Assembly (NCBI GenBank): GCA_039194325.1
Contig: JBCCWC010000006.1
Location: 32,001-96,000 of the forward strand
Source of the DNA: Myxococcota bacterium
Lineage (GTDB): Bacteria; Myxococcota_A; Polyangia; Nannocystales; Nannocystaceae
Reading direction: 5' to 3'
DNA length: 64,000 nt
A program made the translations under genes and the position numbers. Below are positions 13,382 to 23,554 of the stretch, one piece after another. Every line of letters starts with the position of its first letter. Position 1 is the first letter of the stretch. A model generated the notes under the pieces. The model searched no databases, was not told the origin of the DNA, and worked only from the letters and a program-made list of their open reading frames with translations.

Positions 13382-14418
13382 GCCGGTCGGGTCGCCGCCC
13401 CCCCGTGGAGCTGGCCTCCGACGAGCACGATCCCGGAACCCCGCGGGCGGGTCGACGCCGGGTGTTCATCGCGGGAGCCCGTCGCCGGGTGGCCGTGCAC
13501 CTCATTGAGCGCCTCATCGCCAACCCCGAGGTCGAGGCGGTGCTGGGGGTGGACCGGGGCGCGTGCCCGCCCACCCTGCTGGGTTGTGATCCCGAGCGCT
13601 TCGTATTCGCCTCGGCCGATCTCAGCCGCCGCCGCCAGGTGGACAACCTCTTCTTGCTCGATCGCTTTCGGGGCCGCCCCTTCGACACGGTGCTGCACCT
13701 GGCGTTCCAGGGCAACCCACACGGCTACAACTTCAAGAGCCACGAATTCAACGTCAACGCGGCCCAGCACCTGCTGGAGGCCAGCCTGCGTCACGGGGTC
13801 GGCAAGTACGCCTTCTTGTCCAGCGATGCGGTCTATCGGCTCGGTCCGCGCAACGACTACAAGGTCCGTGAGGACGCCGAGCTCAACCTCGACCCCGGCG
13901 CTCACCCGATCTTGCGCGACACCCTCGACGCCGAGTTCATCTGCCGCGCCAAGATGGACGATCCCAACTGTGAGGTGATGGTGATCCGGCCCAGCGGGGT
14001 CTTCGGCGGCGGGGTGATCTCCGGGATCAACCTGCTGTTCGAGAGCAACCCCCCCGTACTCCCGGTGGGGTTCGACCCCATGGTCAACCCCACCACCAAG
14101 GAGCGGCTGTCCCGGGATCTGATGCTCGCGATCTTCTTGCACGGCAAGGGCGTATTCAACGTGGCCGGTAGCACGATCGGCCCGCTCAGTCGGTTCTTCG
14201 AGGAGCGGGGCATCAAGCCGATCCGAGTGCCCGGCCCAGCCCTCAAGGTCGCCAACCGCCTCATGCGGGTGCTGAACATGACCCGCTACCACGCGGGCTT
14301 CCACCCCAAGCGCCTCTACTACAGCCTGGTGCTCGACGACGGCAAATTCGAACGGATGTTCCGATCCAATGCCCACCACGTCCACGCCCTCGACCGCAGC
14401 AAGGACGGTATGGAGTAG
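13378..14418 (+). CDS. NAD-dependent epimerase/dehydratase-family protein (degenerate Rossmann motif)
   Basis: DTVLHLA, LSSDAVY, VIRPSGVFG and GVFNVAG; ATGA overlap with the acyltransferase. Confidence 0.8.
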   Translation: MSRSGRRPPVELASDEHDPGTPRAGRRRVFIAGARRRVAVHLIERLIANPEVEAVLGVDRGACPPTLLGCDPERFVFASADLSRRRQVDNLFLLDRFRGRPFDTVLHLAFQGNPHGYNFKSHEFNVNAAQHLLEASLRHGVGKYAFLSSDAVYRLGPRNDYKVREDAELNLDPGAHPILRDTLDAEFICRAKMDDPNCEVMVIRPSGVFGGGVISGINLLFESNPPVLPVGFDPMVNPTTKERLSRDLMLAIFLHGKGVFNVAGSTIGPLSRFFEERGIKPIRVPGPALKVANRLMRVLNMTRYHAGFHPKRLYYSLVLDDGKFERMFRSNAHHVHALDRSKDGME

Positions 14419-14428
14419 AGTTGCTCGC

Positions 14429-15670
14429 ATGCGGCCCACCGAGCTCATCATCCGAAATTACCGCTCGTTTGCAGGCGAGCATCGGGTGGAGCTACGTCCG
14501 TTGACGTTGATCTTCGGGGACAACAGCGCGGGCAAGACGGCCCTGGCCCGCGCACTCCCTCTGCTGGCGGATGCCGTCTCTCCTACGTCCAAAGGACCAC
14601 TTCCCCTCGACAGCGCTGCCATGGCGGGCAGCGGCTTTGCAGACCTTCGCTTCAAGGGGTCGCTCAACGACGGAGATGGCGCCCACCTCGGGCTTGGTCT
14701 CGCCTGGGAGCAAGGAGACCAGCCGTGCTCCGCCACCTTTGAGTTTGATCGAGAATTTCGGCGGATCCAGGTCAAGCAGCTTGAGATCGAGAAGTCCGAC
14801 ACCAAACGCCTCGAGCTTCGCTGGATCCCGCATGATCGCCAGCCGGCTCTCTATGATCTAGATGGGACGACGATCGCACTCCAATTCGAGGGGCTCGTGC
14901 CAAGCCTGGCAACCGACGACGCCGTCATCGCGGCATCAATCCACGGTATCTCGCATCGGCTCTCCGCGCTACACCGGCGCGTGCAGTGGCTGGAAGCCCT
15001 GCGCTCTCCCGCACCCAAACGCAGCCCGCAACCGGCTCAACCCTTCGTACTGCTGCGACCCGATGGTCGGGACGCGTCGCAGCTCGCGTTCGCTGACGAA
15101 CAAGTGCAAAAGAGAGCCTCGGCATGGTTCGAACGTAACCTGCACCGAGAGTTAGTGCTCGCGGAGTCTCCTCCCGACGAGCTACGTACGTATCTCCGCC
15201 GCATCCACGATCCGCGTTATGACGTCGATTTAATCGATGCCGGACAGGGAGCCCTCCAAGTATTTCCTGTCCTGGTTGCGCTGGCAACGCTTCGTCGCCC
15301 TGATGGTCCGCTGGTGCTGGTCATCGAAGAGCCAGAATCTCATCTCCACGCTGAGCTGCAATACGAGCTCGCCAGGGAAATTACTGCCGCTGTTGATCCC
15401 AAACGGTCCATTATATTGGAGACGCACTCCCGCCCGTTCTTCCTGGGCATTCAACTTGAGATCATTCGAGGAACGGTCAGGCCGGAAGATGTGATCATTC
15501 ATTCAGTGCGGCAAGAGGCATCCACCGGACGGAGCAATGTGGACCGTGTGGAGCTGGACGCCGATGGAATGCCCAGCGCAAGATGGCCCGCGAGCTTTTT
15601 CTCGTCTGATGCCGTGCTCGCTCGTGAGCTCATCATGGCCCGACGTGCCAGACCGAAGAGCTCACCATGA
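14429..15670 (+). CDS. ABC/AAA_21-type ATPase with DUF3696-like C-terminus (putative defence ATPase)
   Basis: IRNYRSF, Walker A GDNSAGKT, signature-like DAGQG, Walker B/D-loop LVIEEPESHLH, H-loop ETHS and C-terminal LDADG..WPASFF. Confidence 0.88.
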   Translation: MRPTELIIRNYRSFAGEHRVELRPLTLIFGDNSAGKTALARALPLLADAVSPTSKGPLPLDSAAMAGSGFADLRFKGSLNDGDGAHLGLGLAWEQGDQPCSATFEFDREFRRIQVKQLEIEKSDTKRLELRWIPHDRQPALYDLDGTTIALQFEGLVPSLATDDAVIAASIHGISHRLSALHRRVQWLEALRSPAPKRSPQPAQPFVLLRPDGRDASQLAFADEQVQKRASAWFERNLHRELVLAESPPDELRTYLRRIHDPRYDVDLIDAGQGALQVFPVLVALATLRRPDGPLVLVIEEPESHLHAELQYELAREITAAVDPKRSIILETHSRPFFLGIQLEIIRGTVRPEDVIIHSVRQEASTGRSNVDRVELDADGMPSARWPASFFSSDAVLARELIMARRARPKSSP

Positions 15671-16581
15671 TCATCAACCTGTATTCTCAGGCCCTGGTCG
15701 ATGACAACGCTCAGCTCGATCTGATGGCCGTGGTATGGGCTGCGCTTCAACGAGGACACATACTGCTCACTGATCCTCCGTACTCCGGAGCCAGCGCCAG
15801 CCACCCCGTTGAACGATGGTTGGCGCCGCTGCCCGCCCCCATCGCTGAGGATGTGCGCTTGCTACTGGAAAGCCACACCGTCCAGGCCACGACCACTCCT
15901 TATCAAACCACGCTACATGTTCACGAGTCAGGCCACGAGCTCGAGCTATCCTGGCCAGATCTCCACCTTCCATGCGATCGAGCGGCCGCCTTCGCTCTTC
16001 GCCCCTTGAGTGTCTTGCTCGAAGACCGGCGCTCTGACCGTGCCTTCTTACTAGCGGTGGCGCCTCGACGCTGGCGCCAGGAGCTAGAGCGCGCGCTTCA
16101 CGACGGAGCCCTTGAGATTCTCAATGGTGGAGGCTTGGGGAACATGCTGCATCAAGTACGCGAGCACTGCGATGCCGAGACCGCGGCCCGTCTGTGGGTT
16201 TTGTTCGACAGCGACGCGGATGAGCCCGGCGCTCCTTCACGCGACTCTAATCGCTTGCAGCAGGAATGCGAGTCTCTGCGTGCTCACGGCCTGGGCCATC
16301 ACCAACTTCGCGCTCGCAGCATCGAGAACTACTTGCCCCTCGAGCTGCTCAAGACCTGGGCCAGCACGGTAGGCGACGACGCACCATCCAAGGTCGATCG
16401 CATCTCTGCGATGGGGCAACAGCGGCGTGATCACCTTCGACTCAAAGACGAACTCGGCAAAGGACTCATCGCGGACCTGTTCATCAGATATCAGTTCCAG
16501 ATCGAAGAGAGCTGGCTGCGCCGCGAAGGGCACTACGACGAGATTCGAGAAATTTGCGAATCTATCATTGCTCATATCTAG
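15667..16581 (+). CDS. Putative TOPRIM-like nuclease, coupled to the ATPase
   Basis: LLEDRRSDRAFL (conserved Glu), NGGGLG, VLFDSD (DxD) and RSIENYL; ATGA overlap with the ATPase stop. Confidence 0.65.
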   Translation: MIINLYSQALVDDNAQLDLMAVVWAALQRGHILLTDPPYSGASASHPVERWLAPLPAPIAEDVRLLLESHTVQATTTPYQTTLHVHESGHELELSWPDLHLPCDRAAAFALRPLSVLLEDRRSDRAFLLAVAPRRWRQELERALHDGALEILNGGGLGNMLHQVREHCDAETAARLWVLFDSDADEPGAPSRDSNRLQQECESLRAHGLGHHQLRARSIENYLPLELLKTWASTVGDDAPSKVDRISAMGQQRRDHLRLKDELGKGLIADLFIRYQFQIEESWLRREGHYDEIREICESIIAHI

Positions 16582-16597
16582 GCATATGTAACAAACC

Positions 16598-18208
16598 ATG
16601 GCAAGCCCGGCATTCCTGAGTCAGCCCACAATCCAGCGGATTCCTCCTCTGCTCGAGGAAGTACGCCTACGCCAGATCGTAGTGCCCAGGTTCCAACGCC
16701 CCTTCGTTTGGAGCGACGAACAGAGATTGGAGCTAATGCGGAGCATCAACGAAGGGCTCCCCATCGGCAGCTTGATGGTCTGGCGCACCAGCACCGCCTT
16801 GGAGACCTATCGGTTCCCTGGCTCGGAGCCTGATCGCTCTGCGGGCTCCGCGGATCCGCCTGTCCGACAGTACCTCCTCGATGGGCACCAGCGCGTCACC
16901 ACGTTGTTCTTCGCACTGGCTCCTTGGGGCGACGAGTCGTCGGAAGCGAATGAAGACGAGATTGACGAGGACTACCCGACCCTCCGCGAGATCTTCTTCG
17001 ACCTACGCCGAGAGGAACTAGAGCTCGAGCGAAAAGGCGAGGCTCCGGCCTACTGGCTCCCAGTAGCGTTGCTCTTCGATCCTTACAACCTATTCGCGTT
17101 CCAGCGAAAACTCGAAGATCTGGAAGGTGCAAGAGATCTTCTGAGCCGCGCAGAGCGACTGGTCACGCGATTCAAAGACTATGCGATCCCCGTCCTGCCG
17201 ATTGCGACCGACAGTCTCGACACGGCCACGAAGAGCTTCCAGCGAATCAACAGTGCCGGCACGACCATGTCCGAGGTCCACATGGTCAATGCCTTGACCT
17301 ACGCGAAGGATCTCCGAATCATCGATCGAATTTCGCGCATCAAGGATTCCCTCGAAGATGATCGCTGGTCGAACATCGACGACCAAGTCATTCTCAACAT
17401 ATGCAAGGCGCGCCTCGGCATCGAGCTCCACACCAAGACCACCGAGCCACTCGTAGCCAGAATCACCAAGAGCCCCGAGATCTTCGATGAAGTGGAGCGC
17501 GCCCTCAGCACCGCGTGCCGCTTCCTGTCCGATGAGTGCATGATCCTCAGCCCCTATACATTACCCTATAGCTATCAAATCGTAATCATCGCCAGCGTAC
17601 TCGAAGACGTGGACGAGCAACATCTCGAGTCAGCGAAGAATGATCTATATAACTGGTTCTGGTCGACGACCTACACTGAGTACTTCGCAGGCACGAACTC
17701 CACTCGACTCCGACTGACGATGGAAAGCCTCGGCAAAGCGGTCCGTGGGGAGGCCGACCTGCTCCCGGATGATCTCGTCCGGGAAATCGACCCGCCCGGA
17801 CGCTTCGATTTTCGCTCAGCCCGCTCGCGAGCGATCGCGCTGGGCCTCGCCGACCGAGGCCCTTGCGACACCGAAGGCGAGCCTTACGATGGATATGAAT
17901 TGCTTGCGCTCCACGGTCGCTCGGCCTGCCCCAAGCTGCTGCGACGCACTGGACTTCCGCGAGCTCTCACCGAAGGGTTCGAAAACCGGTTCATCGCAGC
18001 TCCGGGAGACGCAAACGACCTGCGCAGCTACTTGCTCTCTCCAGACTGCGACCCCGACGTGGCGAAGTCCCACGGGATCGACCGGCGGGCCGCGGACCTG
18101 ATCGAGCGACAAGACTGGGAGAACTTCCTCGCTCACCGTCGAGAGACCTACCTTGCCGAGGAACAACGGTTCGCAGGAGAACTCGGCCTCGACTACAAGG
18201 GCGCCTAG
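16598..18208 (+). CDS. DUF262 (ParB-like / GmrSD N-terminal) domain protein
   Basis: IVVPRFQRPFVW, PIGSLMVW, YLLDGHQRVTTL and FQRINSAGT; long C-terminal region with no HNH motif that I can recognise. Confidence 0.9.
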   Translation: MASPAFLSQPTIQRIPPLLEEVRLRQIVVPRFQRPFVWSDEQRLELMRSINEGLPIGSLMVWRTSTALETYRFPGSEPDRSAGSADPPVRQYLLDGHQRVTTLFFALAPWGDESSEANEDEIDEDYPTLREIFFDLRREELELERKGEAPAYWLPVALLFDPYNLFAFQRKLEDLEGARDLLSRAERLVTRFKDYAIPVLPIATDSLDTATKSFQRINSAGTTMSEVHMVNALTYAKDLRIIDRISRIKDSLEDDRWSNIDDQVILNICKARLGIELHTKTTEPLVARITKSPEIFDEVERALSTACRFLSDECMILSPYTLPYSYQIVIIASVLEDVDEQHLESAKNDLYNWFWSTTYTEYFAGTNSTRLRLTMESLGKAVRGEADLLPDDLVREIDPPGRFDFRSARSRAIALGLADRGPCDTEGEPYDGYELLALHGRSACPKLLRRTGLPRALTEGFENRFIAAPGDANDLRSYLLSPDCDPDVAKSHGIDRRAADLIERQDWENFLAHRRETYLAEEQRFAGELGLDYKGA

Positions 18209-18222
18209 CACCGGAGGAATCT

Positions 18223-18238
18223 CGTGACTTTATTCACA
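18223..18238. promoter_or_regulatory. CRP/FNR-family-like binding box
   Basis: CGTGA-ctttat-TCACA gives a 9/10 match to TGTGA-N6-TCACA, in an AT-rich patch upstream of the hydrolase gene. Confidence 0.5.
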
Positions 18239-18325
18239 AACCATGACACGCAGCCCCCCTCCGCCCGCTTGGCCAACCCACGAACAGAAGCGAGACCTCG
18301 CCGAGAACAGCCAGGGCTCCCCCGT

Positions 18326-20395
18326 ATGCCGCCCAATCTCCCCACGCCGACGCTCGGTATGCTCCTACTACTATTAGGGTGGAGCTGCACCAGCGATGAC
18401 GCGATGACAACCGCTATCGGTGGAACCAGCACAGGAGGCATCAACACGACCACTCCTGCTCCCTCCACCAGCAGCGGCCTCAACGCATCGACCGCGGCCA
18501 TCGACGGCACCAGCACCAACTCGACCGCGGGCACCACCGGCGGCGTACTCGACGACCCTCAGTGGCCCAACCTCGAGTGCGACCCCCTCGTACCCGAATA
18601 CTGCGGCTTCCCGTTCCCCAACAACGTATTCAGCGTGTCCGATCCGGCCACCCCCACCGGCCGGCGCCTGGCTCTGTCGACGCAGACGTTGCCCCAGGCC
18701 AATACCGGGGCCGAAGCCCTGCCCGACGTGTTCAACGAGCGCGACGGCTTCTCGGTTGCTGGCACGCTGTTGGCCCACTTGCCCGGAGCCACCACCACCG
18801 GCCTGCCCGATCCCCTCCAACTCGGTGACTCGATCGAGCCCAGCTCACCCACGATCGTGCTCGACGCCGACACCGGCGAGCTGTTCCCCCACTTCGCCGA
18901 GCTCGATCTCAACGCCAACGGCGACGACGACCGGTCGCTGATGATCCAGCCCGCCGCTTCGCTCACCTACGGCCATCGCTATATCGTGGCGCTGCGCGGG
19001 GTGGTCGACGCCGACGGAGGGCCGATCCCCGCGTCCGCCGCCTTCGCCGCCCTGCGCGACGGCACGGCCAGCGAAGAACCCTCGGTGGAGCAGCGTCGCG
19101 AGCTCTACGGCGACATCTTCGCCCGCCTCGAACAGGCGGGGATCCCCCGCGACGACCTCCAGCTGGCCTGGGATTTCACCGTCTCCAGTCGTGAGCACAC
19201 CAACGGTCGCATGCTCCACATGCGAGACACCGCCCTGCAGATGGCCGGCGACGACGGGCCGGTCTACGAGATCCTCTCGGTCGACGACGACTACTCACCC
19301 AACATCTTCCGACGGATCCAAGGGGAGATCGAGGTCCCCCTGTTCCTCGACATGCCCGGCCCCGGCGGGGTGATGGAGGTCGACGCCGACGACGTGCCCG
19401 TGCAAAACGGCATCGCCCGGTATCCCTTCACGATCCTGGTCCCCTACGCCGCCCAGGACGAGCCCGCCCCCGGGCTGCTCTTTGGCCACGGCCTCTTCGG
19501 CAGCCGAGATAGCGCCCAAGCCCCGGAATTCCAGCAATTCGCCCAGGACGCCAACGCGATCTTGGTGTCGCTCGACTGGATCGGCATGTCGGACGAGGAT
19601 CCCCCCTTCGTGGGCCTGGCCCTGGCCTCCGGTGATCCCGCTCGGGCCCGGATCATCCCGGACCGCCTCCAGCAGTCATTGGTCAACTTCACCATGGCCA
19701 CCCGCATGGTGCGAACGAGTATCGTCGACGACCCCGAGCTCCAGTTCATGGGCCAGCCCCTACTCGACGGCTCCACGACCTTCTACTACGGAGGCAGCCA
19801 GGGCGGGATCATGGGCAGCGCGTTCATGGCCCTCAGCCCGGATGTGGAGCGCGGGGTCCTCGCGGTCCCGGGCCAACCCTACAACCTGCTCTTGGAGCGG
19901 AGCGTCAATTTTCCGGTATTCGCCGACCTCATCACCGGCGCCTATGCAGACCACTTCGATCTGCAGATGCTACTCAACCTCATGCAGATCTTGTGGGATC
20001 GGGCCGAACCCTCGGGATACTCGCCCCATGTGTCTCGCGATCCGCTACCCGGCACCTCGGCCCACGACGTGCTGATGCTGGTGTCCATCGGCGATCACCA
20101 GGTCACGACCCTGGGCGCTCACGTCATGGCTCGCAGCATCGGGGCGGTCAACGTCTCACCGACCAATCGTTCGGTCTGGGGCGTTCCGGAGGCCAAGGGC
20201 CCCCTTTTCGGCTCTGCGATGATCGAGCACGACTTTGGTCTGCCGACCGAGCCCCTGGGCAACGTCCCCATGAGCGAAGGCGACGACCCCCATGGCGCCC
20301 TCGCCGGGGTCCCCACGGCAGCCCAGACCGCCAACCATTTCCTACAGACCGGCGAAGTCGTGAGCTTTTGCGACGGTGTCTGTGATCCCGATTGA
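18326..20395 (+). CDS. Secreted/lipoprotein alpha/beta-hydrolase (lipase-like) with Thr/Ser linker and Ig-like N-domain
   Basis: LLLLLGWSC lipobox-like segment, PFPNN and DGFS motifs, FGHGLFG (oxyanion), YYGGSQGG (nucleophile elbow), GDHQV and DPHG. Confidence 0.75.
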   Translation: MPPNLPTPTLGMLLLLLGWSCTSDDAMTTAIGGTSTGGINTTTPAPSTSSGLNASTAAIDGTSTNSTAGTTGGVLDDPQWPNLECDPLVPEYCGFPFPNNVFSVSDPATPTGRRLALSTQTLPQANTGAEALPDVFNERDGFSVAGTLLAHLPGATTTGLPDPLQLGDSIEPSSPTIVLDADTGELFPHFAELDLNANGDDDRSLMIQPAASLTYGHRYIVALRGVVDADGGPIPASAAFAALRDGTASEEPSVEQRRELYGDIFARLEQAGIPRDDLQLAWDFTVSSREHTNGRMLHMRDTALQMAGDDGPVYEILSVDDDYSPNIFRRIQGEIEVPLFLDMPGPGGVMEVDADDVPVQNGIARYPFTILVPYAAQDEPAPGLLFGHGLFGSRDSAQAPEFQQFAQDANAILVSLDWIGMSDEDPPFVGLALASGDPARARIIPDRLQQSLVNFTMATRMVRTSIVDDPELQFMGQPLLDGSTTFYYGGSQGGIMGSAFMALSPDVERGVLAVPGQPYNLLLERSVNFPVFADLITGAYADHFDLQMLLNLMQILWDRAEPSGYSPHVSRDPLPGTSAHDVLMLVSIGDHQVTTLGAHVMARSIGAVNVSPTNRSVWGVPEAKGPLFGSAMIEHDFGLPTEPLGNVPMSEGDDPHGALAGVPTAAQTANHFLQTGEVVSFCDGVCDPD

Positions 20396-20791
20396 TTCGG
20401 GGGTGGGGACCACCCTCTAGCCGCCGATGGCGGCTACGGCTTGTCAGACATAAGCCGACACGATGACTCACGCGAACGCCGTGGGTGGACCGCAAATTCC
20501 CAGCGACGTTCCTCGCCTGCCTCACGCGAATCCGGTCCTAATTGAACCGCAATCAAACAGGCGAGCAACCGGACTCCCTCTCGACACTCCGCCGAGACCC
20601 GAGGCTCACCCACCGGGTCGATGGCACGAAAGACTCAGTCGCCTGTGGCGATCCCCCGCGTACCGGAACACCGCGGTCCGTATCTTCGCCGCGCCGTCGA
20701 TTGGTCGTCCCCATTCCACACCATCTTCGCACCGCCGACCGATATTCAGACCGCGCGGGTTTCGTCACAAGGGCGAAGGGGGGTGAGGGCT

Positions 20792-20810
20792 TCATTTTCT
20801 TCGAAAATGA
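20792..20810. promoter_or_regulatory. AT-rich palindrome upstream of the ECF sigma gene
   Basis: tcattttc-ttc-gaaaatga with perfect 8-bp arms. Confidence 0.4.
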
Positions 20811-21059
20811 CACGAACGGGCATCAACACATCCACCAACTCACTACACCTCGATGTATGACGAACCGGTTCATGGGGGGCCGGATCGCCCACTCCTCGTC
20901 CTGTGTCAGGAAATCTAGACTGATCGCATAAATACCAATTGGGGCGGGGCTCATATCTCGGCAGTGCGTGGATGTCACGCACGTGCCTTCCCCGCGAACT
21001 CGGACATCGACCGATGCCCACCCCCGGGGCATCGGTCCCGCTCTCGAGAGGTAGTCGTC

Positions 21060-21728
21060 ATGCCCTTCGACAAGCCCCAACGCGTGACTCAGGAGCTCAT
21101 CGGTCACGCTCTGGCTGGCAAGCCCGGACCCGCACACACGCTCGCCATGCATATCGTAACATGCGTCGATCGACACGTCCGCAAGTCTTTGCTGCGCAAT
21201 ACAGCCTGCCGCAACCGGGACCTGGCCAATGAGCTCGTCCATGACGTGGTTGTCTACATGTACGACAACGATGCCAAGTTGCTCCGCAACTGGGACGAGT
21301 CACGCGGGGCATCGTTCGACTACTACTTGGGGCTCATCACCCGAAATCTCTTGATTCGAAGATTCATGCAATTTCGCGGCAACCCCGCCTCGCTCACACC
21401 GGTCGATGACATCCAAGAGTTCCTGCCCGCACGAACGATCGAGGTGCAGATCAACTACTCGTTGGGCCTCGACCGCGTGCTGAGCTATGTGGAGCGCGAG
21501 CTGGACGATGTCGATCGCCAGCGCTTTTGGGCCCTATTCGTCGAAGGTTTGTCGATCGACGCCTTGGCCGAGCGTGACGGGATCAGCACCAACGCGGTCC
21601 ATGCCTGGAAATCTCGGCTGCGCCGACGCCTACGCCAGCGACTACCGGAGGTCATGGCCACGCTGACCGATCTGAGCCGCAAGAAAAATGAGAAAATCAC
21701 CGACACGAAGATGTCAAGGAATTGCTGA
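21060..21728 (+). CDS. ECF-type sigma-70 factor
   Basis: Region 2-like ELVHDVVVYMY...WDESRGASFDYYL; region 4 HTH EGLSIDALAERDGISTNAVHAWKSRLRRRL; gagagg RBS. Confidence 0.82.
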   Translation: MPFDKPQRVTQELIGHALAGKPGPAHTLAMHIVTCVDRHVRKSLLRNTACRNRDLANELVHDVVVYMYDNDAKLLRNWDESRGASFDYYLGLITRNLLIRRFMQFRGNPASLTPVDDIQEFLPARTIEVQINYSLGLDRVLSYVERELDDVDRQRFWALFVEGLSIDALAERDGISTNAVHAWKSRLRRRLRQRLPEVMATLTDLSRKKNEKITDTKMSRNC

Positions 21729-21960
21729 CATCAATCCGAGAATCCGAACGTGAGTTCGAAAGATTACCGCGCGTCTGCGACGCGTCAATTGATCATCGCT
21801 CGCTGTCTATTGAGCTCTTCGAAGGGGCTTCGGTCCCACGGACCCATGCCCGGTCTCACCTGCCCGGAGATTGGCATTCGTGGTCCGTTCCAACCAATGC
21901 CGTGCGTCCGGCATGGTGACGGGATCTCCCAGCCGGCCAGACGCTCCACGGAGAGCGACG

Positions 21961-22776
21961 ATGAGCCAAAATTGCGACAGCGCCCCAACGAATCCCGATG
22001 AGCGCATCCTCCGAGATGCCGGTCGATGGGCACCCGAACGTGACGCCATCAAGGCCACGTGCCGCAACGAGTACGACCAGCACGACGACGAGCTGGACCC
22101 GATGTCCGCGATGGACATCGACAAGCTGGTCGACGAGGTCCTCGAGCAGCAGCCCGAACCTCCGCCCACCCCACCACCGTGGCCAAACCCCGAGGAACTC
22201 GAGCCCGACCAACTCGACACCGAACCCGGTCATCGGCGCTGCGCCACACCCAAGCCACAGGCACCCCGCCCGCGGATCTGGAGGAACCTGGTCTCACACG
22301 GGCTCGTCGCCCTCGCGGCCGCGGCCGTCACGCTCTCGTTCCGTCCTCGGAGGAACTCGGATCCGACGAGCGCGAACACCGAACGCTACCGCATGACCCC
22401 GCTACAGCGAACCCACGCCTCGGCGAACGACCAAGAGGCTGGTTATTGCCTCAGCGAGTCGGTGTGGTTTCGTATCGACGGCGATCGCACGATGCCCGCA
22501 ACCGAGGAGCTCGAGGTCGTGCTCGGGGCAACCCCCGAGTCCGGCTTGGCACAGTGGTACCTCCACCGCCCGGTGGCCCGTGGGTGGCGCCTCGTATCGG
22601 ATGGGACGGCTCTTTCGTTCCAGGGCCCGCTTGGAGATCTGGCTCGGCTCGACCCCGGGGTCTGGACCCTGACCATTCAGGTCGGACCCCGCGGACGCTG
22701 TGGTCCCAACGCTGAGCCCGGATGTACCGTGCTGGATACGGTACCGATCCGCATCGCGCCCCCAAGCCGGTGTTGA
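21961..22776 (+). CDS. Putative single-pass anti-sigma factor
   Basis: Lies downstream of the ECF gene; acidic/Pro-rich N-terminus, one TM (GLVALAAAAVTLSF) and a Cys-containing extracytoplasmic domain. Confidence 0.55.
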   Translation: MSQNCDSAPTNPDERILRDAGRWAPERDAIKATCRNEYDQHDDELDPMSAMDIDKLVDEVLEQQPEPPPTPPPWPNPEELEPDQLDTEPGHRRCATPKPQAPRPRIWRNLVSHGLVALAAAAVTLSFRPRRNSDPTSANTERYRMTPLQRTHASANDQEAGYCLSESVWFRIDGDRTMPATEELEVVLGATPESGLAQWYLHRPVARGWRLVSDGTALSFQGPLGDLARLDPGVWTLTIQVGPRGRCGPNAEPGCTVLDTVPIRIAPPSRC

Positions 22777-23554
22777 GAACCAGGCCGGCCCCGATGTCCT
22801 GGTGCAACCATTACTCGAACGTCCGGCATGAGGCACTAGCGCCCGAGGCGCCGTGGCAGCCGGTGGATCCGCTGATCGTGACGACCCGACCGTGACGAAT
22901 CTCCGAAGTCACGAACGGGCATGAGCATGTCATCACCCCGACAGCGCCCAAATTTTCTCAGGAACTCCTGAGCCGAGAGACATTGAAGATCGACGACGTC
23001 CGTAGATCCCCTGAGGGCCGACCCCGCGGCCGCAAGCCCTCTGCGGAGCATCTCATCGCCGGTCCGCGGCCAAGTTGGAGGCATTCGCCCCGTCATTTGT
23101 CGGGACGCGCACCGAAGATTCAGCCGCTGACCGGTATTGGGCCGCCCAATACAATGTTTCGGGACAATGTTCAGGGGCTGAAGCGATTCCCGGACGAGCC
23201 ACATGACTCGTATCCCTCCACTCCGCATTCGACGTCGCGGGTCCGTGCCACCTCACGGCCGATCGGCATGAGCGGGTCATCTCATCTCGCCGGCGATCGG
23301 CGCGAGCAGGTCATCCGATCTCGCCGCCGCCAACGCCAGGTCGCAACCCCGGCCCCCGCACTCGGCACCCGCGGGTCATCGGCCAGTCTCGTGGGCGATG
23401 CTCGATACACTTAGACTCCGGGGCTCCTCGTCGGTATAGTCCGATGGTAGCGAGTCGAAAGGACTCGCCGTGAACACCACTGCGTTGCTCCACGAGGTCG
23501 ATGGTCGGATCCTCCGCCGACCGTTCCTCGCGCCCCCCGAAAGGAACGGAAGCC

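Noticed and set aside
14419..18240. Prophage, IS or integrative element carrying the defence cassette
   Set aside because: No integrase, transposase, terminal inverted repeats or att-like direct repeats were visible.
22836..23414. ORFs 22836-23228 (-) and 22983-23414 (+)
   Set aside because: Non-ATG starts, no codon bias or motifs; treated as non-coding spacer.
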